In this document: positions 15,251 through 25,000 of the stretch, one piece after another
Position numbering within the stretch: the stretch's first letter is position 1
How the letters are laid out: every line of letters starts with the position of its first letter
Assembly: GCA_043811375.1 (NCBI GenBank)
Contig: JBDRNJ010000002.1
Coordinates: 1 to 28,450 of the forward strand
From: a bacterium
GTDB lineage: Bacteria > Zixibacteria > MSB-5A5 > GN15 > FEB-12
DNA: 28,450 bases
Direction of reading: 5' to 3'
Position numbers and translations under genes: made by a program
The notes under the pieces: model-generated
The model's database searches: none
What the model was told of the DNA's origin: nothing
What the model saw: only the letters and a program-made list of their open reading frames with translations

Positions 15251-17002
15251 ATGGAAGAACAGTACCTGGGCGACTACAAGATTGTCGAGCCGGTGGGAGA
15301 AGGTGCTATGGGAAAGGTCTACTTGGCTCACCACAAAGATATTCCGGCCCACCAGGTGATCCTCAAAGAACTGAAAAACCCACGTCACCTGGATCGTTTC
15401 GCAGACGAGGCCAACAATATGGCGATCCTGAATGCACATCCCGATATCTGCACCTTGTACAATTTCTTTAAGAAGGATGAGCGGACTTTTATAGTGATGG
15501 AATATATCGAGGGTATAACGCTCAAAGAAATGATCGACAGTGAGGAGCGTGTAACGACCGATCTGTACCTGAGAGTAGCTGTCGATGTTCTGGGTGTTCT
15601 CAGCTTTGCTCACGAGAAAGGTATCTACCATCGCGACATCAAACCAAGCAATATTATGGTCAACTGCTCCGGTAAGATTAAGGTGATTGATTTCGGTATA
15701 GCCAAAAGAGAGAGAGATGTTTCCTTGACTGCTGATGGCACTTTTTTCGGTACGCTGCAGTATGCCGCACCGGAGCAGTTCAATTTTGAGCAGAAGGTGG
15801 AAAACTGGGTAGTGGTTGACCTATACGCGCTTGGATCAACTCTGTATTTCATGCTGACGCGCCGAGTGCCCTATTTGGAAAAGAACTTCGAGGATCTGGT
15901 AGTGGCGAAGCGTCTGACCGATCCGGCACCTCCCAGCCAGATCAACCCCGAGATTGACAGCGCTGTTGATAATATTGTTATGAAATCACTGCACCGGGAT
16001 CCATCGCAACGATATCAATCGGCGATGGAGATGATTGAGGATATTGGTAAGGTGCGGCTGCCAGCTCTGGACTACACAGTAGACCTCGGGGAGACGGTTG
16101 GTATAATCTTAGAAGAAGGAAAGACTCGGCCCATTGCATCTGGTCAGCCACGGGTACCCGACAAGCCGAAACCCTGGCAGAAGTTGAAGTACTGGCTGAC
16201 GGCAGCGGTGATCGTAATTGCCGTAGCGGTAGGTAGTTATCTTAAATACTTCGGGGATCAAACAGATGAGGGAAATACCCAGACGGACACGTTAAGGGGT
16301 ACGGTTGGCCCGGTTGACTCGGGAGGAGGGGTGGTGCCGGCTATTCCGGCGGGCACCCTGTCGGTGGAGATAAATGCCCCGTCTGAGATTTGGGTAGACG
16401 ACACCCTTCTTGCTAATGCCGTTGATCGCTACGTGCTGACCCTTGATACCGGTGAACATAGGGTGCGTTTGGTGAACGAGCGGGCGGAGGGAGGCGACTT
16501 CGTCAGGACTGTCGCCATTATTGCCGAAGAGAGAAACACCCTGCGCCATGATTTCGTGATCGATTCTTCGGGCACGGTGGACATCCGGGTAGAGCCGTGG
16601 GGGGATGTCTACTTTGACGGCGAGCTGATCGACAGTAACACGAGCCATGTTTCCCATAGAACGGCCCCGGGGATTCATGAAATACGGGCGGAGAATCCCA
16701 CGGCGCGCAACCGGGTACGTAGAGATACGATCAGGGCATTGGCTTTTGAGCGAGTAAGTTGGGATTGCAGGTTTGAGTTGGTGCCGGATTCTGGGCGGCT
16801 GGTAGTAAGTTCCATCCCTATCGGGGCCAGTATTTATATCAACGGTGAACTTCAGCCCAACATTACGCCGTATACATTTACTTTATTCAAGGGTGAGTAC
16901 AACATATCAGTGTCGCTACCCACTTATCCCGCGCCACGGGAGACGACCTTGACAATCGTCCCCGGTGAATCTTCTGAGTTTGTTCCCGATTTTGATCGGT
17001 GA
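15251..17002 (+). CDS. Hanks-type Ser/Thr protein kinase with TM helix and extracytoplasmic PEGA-like repeats
   Basis: GEGAMGKV, VILKEL, HRDIKPSN, IDFGIAK, GTLQYAAPEQ, DLYALG, TM WLTAAVIVIAVAVGSYL, and three PEGA-like units (last GRLVVSSIPIGASIYING...GEYNISV). Start moved to MEEQYLGDY. Confidence 0.93.
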   Translation: MEEQYLGDYKIVEPVGEGAMGKVYLAHHKDIPAHQVILKELKNPRHLDRFADEANNMAILNAHPDICTLYNFFKKDERTFIVMEYIEGITLKEMIDSEERVTTDLYLRVAVDVLGVLSFAHEKGIYHRDIKPSNIMVNCSGKIKVIDFGIAKRERDVSLTADGTFFGTLQYAAPEQFNFEQKVENWVVVDLYALGSTLYFMLTRRVPYLEKNFEDLVVAKRLTDPAPPSQINPEIDSAVDNIVMKSLHRDPSQRYQSAMEMIEDIGKVRLPALDYTVDLGETVGIILEEGKTRPIASGQPRVPDKPKPWQKLKYWLTAAVIVIAVAVGSYLKYFGDQTDEGNTQTDTLRGTVGPVDSGGGVVPAIPAGTLSVEINAPSEIWVDDTLLANAVDRYVLTLDTGEHRVRLVNERAEGGDFVRTVAIIAEERNTLRHDFVIDSSGTVDIRVEPWGDVYFDGELIDSNTSHVSHRTAPGIHEIRAENPTARNRVRRDTIRALAFERVSWDCRFELVPDSGRLVVSSIPIGASIYINGELQPNITPYTFTLFKGEYNISVSLPTYPAPRETTLTIVPGESSEFVPDFDR

Positions 17003-17046
17003 TGGTCGAGAGCCGACCTTTCGGTCGTTGTGCTCTCAACCACATC
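17001..17046. terminator. Imperfect hairpin between convergent genes (possible bidirectional terminator)
   Basis: GAGAGC-CGACC-tttc-GGTCG-ttgt-GCTCTC, with outer GATG/CATC pairing. U-tracts are weak. Confidence 0.4.
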
Positions 17047-17063
17047 AGCTCTTTTGACTGTGT

Positions 17064-18806
17064 TTAATCCAGATGCTCTATCCCAACCAGTTGGAAGCGG
17101 GCGTTATCGGGGTGATACCAGAGCCAGAGTAGCACTGGTTGGGACCAGGATCCGAATCGCTTGGTTTGGATGTTAATTTCAACCAGGTGTTTTTTTGGAT
17201 CATCCCCGGTACTGACACCTGACAGCGCGGACGTCAGGTCGGCCAGTTGCTGCCGATCCAGTCTGATTTTAGTGCCGTCAAACGGACGATCGCTGATTAC
17301 CGTACTGCCGTCGTATTTCACTTGATAGCGGTACCGGCTTGTCCCTGACAGTTCCAGCCCGTAAGCCACGGCCAGATCGTCAAAGCTGATCTCCACGGCG
17401 TCGTCGGTCCGGGTAAGCTTGAAACGGTCCAGGGGATTGACCTTGCCGAACCAGTAGCTTCCTATTTTGTCCCGCCGGGCTTTCATAGTTTCCAGCAGGT
17501 AGGCGGCGGCTTCAGGGTCGCTGTATTGCGCGGCCTCAATCAGCGCCCGCAGGTCGTCATCACGCAGCGACATGACTTGCTTGGCGGCCCAGAAGGCGTC
17601 ACGGTCGGTCATGATCTCGAAAGAAGGTATCGGGTAGATGGCGTCCCATTTGCCGGGATTGAATATATTCGACTCGTACGGGCCAATCGAGGGGTGCGGG
17701 AAGGAACTCTCGGCATCCTCCCACGGCCACTGTTTCAATCCCAGGGTGAACAACGAGACCAGAGCGTCCCGCAGGTCAAATGAATTGCGGTATCCGTCGT
17801 AGGCCCGCTGGGGTGTACTACCGCGGGCGCCAAAAGTGTTGCCGAAATCGATCAGGTAGTGTTTCAAAAACTGGCGGCCATCTTCCTCGACATAGATATC
17901 CAGAGTGTTCTGATCTTTGATGTCCCAGTGGTTAATCAGGGAAGCAAAGACATATAGCCCCCGCAATTCCCTTCGGTGTTGATGGGGACACCAGTCATTG
18001 GGGTCTCCATCGCGCGTCCCACGGTAGCTGAACGGTCCTCTGACGTTCGGCAGGGCTTTCGATGCCAGCGAACGAATCCGCCCATCGGGCATCCGATCGA
18101 CACGAGCCAGCACTTCCTCCAGCGATTGTTGCGTAAACTCTTTATTGACGCCATCACGGTCCTTGAACCGCAGGTCTTCTTTGACGTGCAAGTTTTCCGG
18201 CCGCCAGTAAACGATGGTCTCCTGAGGGACGTTGTATCCCATGGCGTAGAAGTAACGGGAGGATATGGCGGCGGCACCGGTCTGCAATTCCGGATAGCCG
18301 GCAGCATCGAACTTCAGGATATACAGGTCACCAGCCGCATCCTCGATCCAGAAGCCGGGTGTCGCGCCCTGAACCTTGGCCTGGACAACCGTCCATGATC
18401 CGGAGGTGTCGGGGCCGCTGCCGATCACTGCACCGTGCTTGAACTGCTCGGCGGTGAAGGGTTGCCGGGCATGACGGTTGGTATACCAGGCACAGTCGGG
18501 CACCTCGTCGAAGCTGTTGATATTCAGGGACTGACGAGGATTGCCGGTTATTTTGCGAACATCCCGAGGGAAATCCAGCAGTTGTTCCGCCTGTTCAAAG
18601 CTGGTCCGGGTCACCGTTTCCCAGATCAGCGACGGTTTGCGTTTGCCGGGGTCGTCGATGTTTTTAGTGTCATTGTCACGCCAGTGCGGATCCTCCGGAG
18701 TGTAGGCCGGTGGTCGGGAACAGGAGGTCACAATTAGCGGCAACAGGAGACAGCAGACCAGCAGCCGTCTCACTGACTTAATCGGTATGTCACGGTATGT
18801 ATTCAT
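17064..18806 (-). CDS. Lipoprotein with atypical (HipA/PI3-4-kinase-like) protein-kinase fold
   Basis: Signal II (RRLLVCCLLLPLIVTS-C), KVQGATPGF loop, YILKFD Lys, AMGYNVP, catalytic-loop-like HWDIKDQN, YLIDFGNTFG, and RBS AGGAGG. Confidence 0.7.
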   Translation of the reverse strand: MNTYRDIPIKSVRRLLVCCLLLPLIVTSCSRPPAYTPEDPHWRDNDTKNIDDPGKRKPSLIWETVTRTSFEQAEQLLDFPRDVRKITGNPRQSLNINSFDEVPDCAWYTNRHARQPFTAEQFKHGAVIGSGPDTSGSWTVVQAKVQGATPGFWIEDAAGDLYILKFDAAGYPELQTGAAAISSRYFYAMGYNVPQETIVYWRPENLHVKEDLRFKDRDGVNKEFTQQSLEEVLARVDRMPDGRIRSLASKALPNVRGPFSYRGTRDGDPNDWCPHQHRRELRGLYVFASLINHWDIKDQNTLDIYVEEDGRQFLKHYLIDFGNTFGARGSTPQRAYDGYRNSFDLRDALVSLFTLGLKQWPWEDAESSFPHPSIGPYESNIFNPGKWDAIYPIPSFEIMTDRDAFWAAKQVMSLRDDDLRALIEAAQYSDPEAAAYLLETMKARRDKIGSYWFGKVNPLDRFKLTRTDDAVEISFDDLAVAYGLELSGTSRYRYQVKYDGSTVISDRPFDGTKIRLDRQQLADLTSALSGVSTGDDPKKHLVEINIQTKRFGSWSQPVLLWLWYHPDNARFQLVGIEHLD

Positions 18807-18820
18807 GAATTCTGCCTCCT

Positions 18821-20107
18821 CTACCAGTCAGCGCCGAGTTCAAAGTAAAAACGGGTCGGTTCATCACTGAAAGCGACCTGCATTCCAAAGGTGATTCCTT
18901 CGGCGTTGAAGATGCGCAGGCCGCAGCCGTAGTCGTAGTTGAAATCATCTTTGTAGAAATCAGTGAAGATATCTTCATAAACCTGCCCGGCATCGACAAA
19001 GAGGAAAGCGTCGACGACATCCCAGACAGGGTAACGATACTCCACCGTGCCCATGGCCATGTCTTCGCCGAGAAAGCGGTATCGGAAATAACCTCGCAGA
19101 TCGTCCGCTCCCCCTAAAGAACTGAGCAAATAGAACGGCACCACCGTGCGTTCGCCCGAAAACTCCACCGATTGAGCCTGCACCCTGACAGCCAGGATCC
19201 GTTTGCGAAACAGGTTCAGGTAGGCGCTGGCGTCACCGCGAGACACCCACACGTCGATATCATCCGAAACCCCGGTGCCCAGATAATAGTCGGTGGCAAC
19301 TGAAACCAGCAGGCCGCGCGACGGCTGACCCTGGTGGTCACGACAGTCAAAGGTCAGGGCGCCGCCGGTGTAAACGAATCGAGTGGGGGCAAAATGATCT
19401 TCCAACAAGCCGAATTTTTGGCTGATCAAAGTGAGATTGCCCTCGCTGGTAGTTGCCAGACCGTCAGAAATGTTCGTCGCCTTAAATCCCCCTGAGATGG
19501 TGGCCTTCAGACTGCCCAGCAGACGCCTGGTACCCTCCACGTGAACCAGTGTTTGCTCCTGTGAGAAGTTTGTCTCCTCGTCGATATTGGTGTCGTTGCC
19601 GATACCATAGAAGCTTTCCTGGGTGAGCTTGCGATAGCGAGCGAATATTTCAAAGGAATTAACCTCACCCCGCATCCGGTAGCCGATTTTGTAGTCCTGG
19701 TACTGATTACTGGAATAGGCGCCTTTCATTTTCAGCACGCCTCCCCCGATATTCTTTAGCTTCAAACCCAGACCGCCCTTGAGTCCGGTGCGGGAACTGT
19801 AGCCGGCCACCGGATAGAACGGCTCAATGGGGTTTTGCAGGTACAACAATCTCCTCAGCGGCGTTTCATAGGAGCCGAGTATAATTCCCTGAGAAGTAAG
19901 TTTGACGGCGTAGATCGGCAGTCGGGCCACCTCGCCGGGTATACTCAGGAGTACGTCCCCGACAGAGGGTTTCGGCAGGCTGCGCTCCCGCGCCGTAGTC
20001 GAATCGGGAATGTCTGCCGCTGCTATCGGCGTGACCAGACAGACCCAGACAACCAGGCTAACGCAGGCTCCCAGTAAAACCTGCCTGACACCAGTCTTTG
20101 CTACCAT
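18821..20107 (-). CDS. Omp85 (BamA/TamA superfamily) beta-barrel protein without evident POTRA domains
   Basis: Signal peptide ending PIAAA-D, LRGY..YRF loop-6 motif, VEYRYP, FVDAGQV, YGCGLR, and C-terminal beta-signal FYFELGADW. The start at 20107 has RBS AAGGAG. Confidence 0.88.
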   Translation of the reverse strand: MVAKTGVRQVLLGACVSLVVWVCLVTPIAAADIPDSTTARERSLPKPSVGDVLLSIPGEVARLPIYAVKLTSQGIILGSYETPLRRLLYLQNPIEPFYPVAGYSSRTGLKGGLGLKLKNIGGGVLKMKGAYSSNQYQDYKIGYRMRGEVNSFEIFARYRKLTQESFYGIGNDTNIDEETNFSQEQTLVHVEGTRRLLGSLKATISGGFKATNISDGLATTSEGNLTLISQKFGLLEDHFAPTRFVYTGGALTFDCRDHQGQPSRGLLVSVATDYYLGTGVSDDIDVWVSRGDASAYLNLFRKRILAVRVQAQSVEFSGERTVVPFYLLSSLGGADDLRGYFRYRFLGEDMAMGTVEYRYPVWDVVDAFLFVDAGQVYEDIFTDFYKDDFNYDYGCGLRIFNAEGITFGMQVAFSDEPTRFYFELGADW

Positions 20108-20194
20108 ATTGTGACTCCTTCCCCAACACCGCGAGTGCACGGAATATCTCCGGTGGTGTACGATGTTATGATTATTACTTAGCATAATTTAAGT

Positions 20195-21523
20195 TCAACT
20201 CTCCGCGGTAATTTCGTCAAACTTCCTGCCGGCGTATCTGGCGGCAAAAATCCATAGGATTACTACCACACCGGTGAATACCGACAACCAGCGAGCACCG
20301 GAAATACCAACGAAGGCCGCGGACATTGCCAGATTCACGCCTACTGCCAGCACTTTAGCGAACCGTTGCACGAACATGTCAATAAAAGCTTTGGCTTTGT
20401 ATTTTTCGTCGCGGGAGGTTGGTACGTAAAGAGTCTCCTTGCTCGACTGATTAATGGAGTAGTGAAAACTGTTGTTAGCCACTGTCAGAAAGCTGCCTAC
20501 CCATAGTATGGGGAAGACCAGGAAACCGGCCGAGGCACCCAGGATGATAACCGGCAGGATCAGAAGAGCCGTCTTGACCCCGAATCTCGTCATCACGAAA
20601 CTGGTTAAGAAAAGCTGCACAAACATTGAAACGATATTCTGAACAGCGTACCACGTGGACAGATGACGTGTGAAATCATCATTCTCCTTGAGATAGTGTG
20701 TGAGTGTCTGAGTGAATTGAAACTCCAACACTTGGGAAGCTATCTCATAAAGTCCGACAACAGCAACAATTGCCAACAGGTAGCGGGACCGAAAGACAAG
20801 TTTGGCTCCCTCCAGAACCGGATTGACAGATTTTGAAGATTCGGCAGATGGTCTTGAAGCTGGTTTGATAGGCTCCGGTGGTGGGTTTTGAGATACAATC
20901 CGCCCTGATGCTCCGGCAATAATCCATATCAAGGTGACCAGCCCCACGCAAATTCCCATCCACGCAGCTGGAGACAAGGCATCAACCCAGAGCCTTAGAA
21001 TGCTGGCTCCAAAAGCACCACCCACTACACCGCCAAAGACAATCACACCGTAGAGACGCTTGGCGGCATCGGGAGTGACACTATCATTGAGAAACGCAAA
21101 AAAGCCGGCGACCATCAGGGTAGTAAAGAGATCACCGAAAAGATAGAAAGTCCATACCGTAAGAGCATGAGGGTTGTTGATGGTCGGATAGTAGATTGCC
21201 AGGCAGGCGATAATAAAACCGGATAGAATATAACAGAGCTGCTGTCTTCTGAATCGTCGCGCCAGCCACGTGAAGACTACCACTGCGGCAAATGCTACAA
21301 CCATGTTGAGTATTTTGGCAATCTGCTCTGCTTGGACGGCCGTCAAATGCCACGATAACAAATCAAACCCAGACTCCCTATAGAATTGGATAAACATCGC
21401 CTTCTTGAGAGGTTTCAGGATCCAGAAGGTTGTGATGGTCAGGAAGAAATAGCTGGCCATCAACAACGACAGCGGCAGCTCCTGCCGACGGATGTCCATG
21501 AACACCTTAAACGGATTCGCCAT
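20195..21523 (-). CDS. NTT/TLC-family nucleotide transporter (Npt1/Npt2 ATP/ADP translocase-like), stand-alone
   Basis: About 12 TM segments, with YFFLTITTFWILKPLKK, FAFLND...AKRLY, and KETLYVPTSRDEKYKAKAFIDMFVQRFAK matching the NTT C-terminal signature. No HEAT or cNMP extension. Confidence 0.87.
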   Translation of the reverse strand: MANPFKVFMDIRRQELPLSLLMASYFFLTITTFWILKPLKKAMFIQFYRESGFDLLSWHLTAVQAEQIAKILNMVVAFAAVVVFTWLARRFRRQQLCYILSGFIIACLAIYYPTINNPHALTVWTFYLFGDLFTTLMVAGFFAFLNDSVTPDAAKRLYGVIVFGGVVGGAFGASILRLWVDALSPAAWMGICVGLVTLIWIIAGASGRIVSQNPPPEPIKPASRPSAESSKSVNPVLEGAKLVFRSRYLLAIVAVVGLYEIASQVLEFQFTQTLTHYLKENDDFTRHLSTWYAVQNIVSMFVQLFLTSFVMTRFGVKTALLILPVIILGASAGFLVFPILWVGSFLTVANNSFHYSINQSSKETLYVPTSRDEKYKAKAFIDMFVQRFAKVLAVGVNLAMSAAFVGISGARWLSVFTGVVVILWIFAARYAGRKFDEITAES

Positions 21524-21873
21524 ATACACCCCACGATGAGATCGGTTCGCCGGTCAGTTGACATTCAATCAGAAACAATAGCTCCTGCCTTTACCCTAAT
21601 GACATTACCGAAACGACAACAACACGTCCGAACCAGGACAAATACAATCCAATGGTTGTGCCGATCGCTCAGAACTGTCTGCAACTCGGTGGAAAATATG
21701 GTAACCGTACGGTGATGTCAATATCGCTGCTAAGACTGTTTTATATTGTTGACCGAACATCACAGTCGTTGGGAAGTGGTCGATAACACCGTGTGTCGTT
21801 GATGGTGTTTGGCGTAACACGCTGTGTAACATGCCGTTCGTCCGACCTGGCGACCCGAAGTCGGCCGTCGGCC

Positions 21874-21901
21874 TTGACAATCTCCCCAAAGAGGTTATCT
21901 T
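21874..21901 (+). promoter_or_regulatory. sigma70-type promoter for the giant surface protein gene
   Basis: TTGACA (21874-21879), 16 nt spacer, TATCTT (21896-21901), followed by an AT-rich stretch. Confidence 0.6.
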
Positions 21902-21939
21902 AAAATTTAATACAAAAATCAAACAGGAGAATGTGGTTT

Positions 21940-22026
21940 ATGCGAGTATGGGTTCAGGGGTTGGTGTCACCAATTATTGGCGTGGCGGCGTTGTTGTTGG
22001 CTGTCAGGTTTTCGGTTATGTTATGA
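21940..22026 (+). CDS. Putative 28-aa hydrophobic peptide (upstream ORF)
   Basis: AGGAG at 21925-21929, translation MRVWVQGLVSPIIGVAALLLAVRFSVML*, and a stop that overlaps (ATGA) an ATG in frame with the giant ORF. Confidence 0.35.
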   Translation: MRVWVQGLVSPIIGVAALLLAVRFSVML

Positions 22027-22040
22027 GGATGGAATTGAAT

Positions 22041-25000
22041 ATGAACAAGCGATTAGTTTACCGGGTATTTTTAGTGCTGATGTCGGTCACGACGTTATAC
22101 CTGCTGACCACCTGCGCCAAAAAGATAATCAACGACGACCACGATACCGCCATCCAGTTCAAAATAGCGGTGGAGTACAGCACCGCCGAGCTGGCTGACC
22201 TGATAGTCAAGTACCGGGTGACTATCTCTGCCTCCGACATGGAAACAATCACGGCGACGCTGGAGGAGCGGAACGGAATTGTCAGCGGCGAGGTGAGAGA
22301 AGTACCGGAAGGTTCCGGTCGCAATATCCTGTTGGAGGCGCTCGATGTCCATGACACCGTGATCTATGCCGGTTCGGTGGATACATCGATTATCGCCGGT
22401 CAAACAGTCAGGGTGAATATACAATTGGAGCCAGTGGTCAGTATCGTGCGTTTGTCACCGAAGTTCAGTTCGGCGCAGTCGACCGATACGCTCACTGTCG
22501 AGGTGCGCGCCTGCAATGTCGGTGACTTAAGCCACGCTGATCTGGCAGTGGTGATTGACACGTCAGCATTAGATGTAACCGGTGTAACCGGTGATAACGT
22601 GGACTCTTTCTATTTCAACGCCGGTCGGGACAGTCTTTACATTGCTATTTTCGTAAACTCATCACCACCAGACACCGGGGCAGGTATCCGGTGCCTGGAT
22701 CTGGCAACGCTGCAGTGTTCCTGTCTGGTAGCGGATTTTTGCAGTTATTCCGCCAGTCTGGGTGTGGATGTGTTGAGCATTCGGTCCGACACATTGACGT
22801 TAGAACTTCCTTACACCGACGGCATGACAACCCGCATCAGCGGCTTCTTACTGGACGTGACGCCTGGCACGCTGTCTTTCCAGATACCCGCTCCGGGACC
22901 GTATCTGCACGGTGTGTTTTCATTGGTGGAAAGCTGTGGCAACGGGGACATCCCATATAGCCTGGAGATTGACGAATCGGTTGACTGGTTCACGATCAGT
23001 TCGCAATCTGGTCTGACACCGGCGGTTTGCACGGTCGGTATCAATACAGCAGGTATGCCTTATGAGACGAGCTACTTCGATTCCATCCGGGTAACATCGC
23101 AGCTGGCGACCGACACGTCCTTCGTTTATGTGTTACTTAATATCGGCGACTGCCCGCCGCCGTTGCCGCCGGGCTCGCCGGTGGGACAGATAGGCCACCT
23201 TTACGGTGACACGGTAGCCACATTGATCATGTGGCTCCAGAGCGGCAGCCCCGATGTGGCCGGCTACAATGTATACAAGAGTTCCGGCGATGGTGACTTC
23301 ACGACAATTAACGACAACCTGATCACCCAAAACCCGATGGACCCCAGTTTCGGGAACTTTCTCCATATCGACTATGACCTTAACACTACCTCGCAGGTGC
23401 GATTGCGTTACTATGTCACAGCGGTGAGTGACAGTGGCTGTGAGAGCAGCAACTCGGATACCATCACGTTTGTCCCGGCCGATATCAGCGATTCCTCCCA
23501 GACGCGGGTGCAGAACCTGCAACCGATGGACGGCTGGTTCTCCTCCGATGTCCCCACTTTTACGTGGAACTCCGAGCCGGGAGCTGAGTCTTACATGATT
23601 CTGCTGACTCCGAACACACCGGGCAATGATCCTGCTATCTGGCTCTACCGCCACACCGATACCAGTTTCCAACTGGGGGAGCAGTTGGGTATGACCTATA
23701 TGCCTCTGGCGACGGCGCATTCCCCGCTGGTCGGCGGTCAGTTGTACCGCTTCCAGGTCTATCCGATCAATTCCGACCGTGCCGTCTACCGCTGGGGTGA
23801 GGCGACGTTTGAAGCTATCGGCCCGGAAGGGTTCCTGGGGATAACTGAATGCGAACCGCCGGGTGCGGAGGACAGTCGGGATTGGAGGAATCACGGTTCA
23901 ACACGATATGGTGTAGCACCCGCCTGCCCCAACCCGGCGTCGATGCCGGTCAGTGTGGGGCTGAGCAACATGGATGATGGCACGCTGGATTGGTATGTAT
24001 TGAGTAGTCTGTCGGATACGGTGAAAGTAGGCCAGTCATCTTTCATGCCGGCTGGCCACCATTACTTCGTCTGGGACCTGACCGATGATGAGAGCATTCG
24101 TCTTGTTCCCGACATCTACCGTTTCTGCCTGCGGATTAACGACTTCCAAACCTATGGCGACATACAGGTGCTCGATTATTCGGATACTGTGCCGGCGCCC
24201 ACATCACCGCTCGGCCTGATGGGCTACACGGAACACGGTGATACAATCATGACCGTGATCTTTTGGATTGAGCCCGATTACCATGATATAGCCGGCTACA
24301 ATGTTTACAAGAGTGTGGGTGGCGGCGCTTTCGACACATTAAACGACAGTCTTATTACGGGGAACCCCATCAATCCCGCCTGGCCCAACTGTTTATGGGT
24401 GGACTACGGTAACGACACGTCGTCGACAGTTGTTCACAGATACTATATCAAGACCGTGAACTCAGCCGGGTCAGAGAGCGAAGCTTCCGATACAATCAGC
24501 TTCGTGCCGTCAGTCCTGTGGCAGGCAATGATGGGAGAAGGTAGCCCACGGATTGAGAACCTGCGACCGAGAGACGGTCTCTTCGGTTCCACCAGCCCCA
24601 CATTTAGCTGGGACCCGGTGGCCGGTAGCCAGGGGTATGCCATGATGCTCAGACCGACCGGCTCCGAGGGGGACGAACCGGTCATGTGGATCTATGGGAG
24701 CAACGCCACCAGTATGCAGCTTGGCGAAACCGGTGGCTTGACTTACGTACCGCTTGAATATTCACCACTGATTGCCGGGACATATTACCATTTCAATGTG
24801 TTCGCCATTAACTCGGACAACGCTGTATATATGATGTCTGAAGGGTCGACCTTTGAAGCCATCGGACCGGAGGGATTTACCGGTATCACCAGGACGGATG
24901 TGGACTGCGTCGTTGACTCGTCAGAAGTCGACACTTCTGACTGGTGCGACAATTGTGGCGGCGGACCGCTGCCATCACAGTTCTGTTCGCCTCCGGCCTG

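Noticed and set aside
20108..20185. Longer Omp85 start (20185)
   Set aside because: The RBS and signal peptide fit ATG 20107.
21814..21832. GTAACA direct repeat upstream of the giant-gene promoter
   Set aside because: Only two 6-bp copies, which could easily arise by chance.
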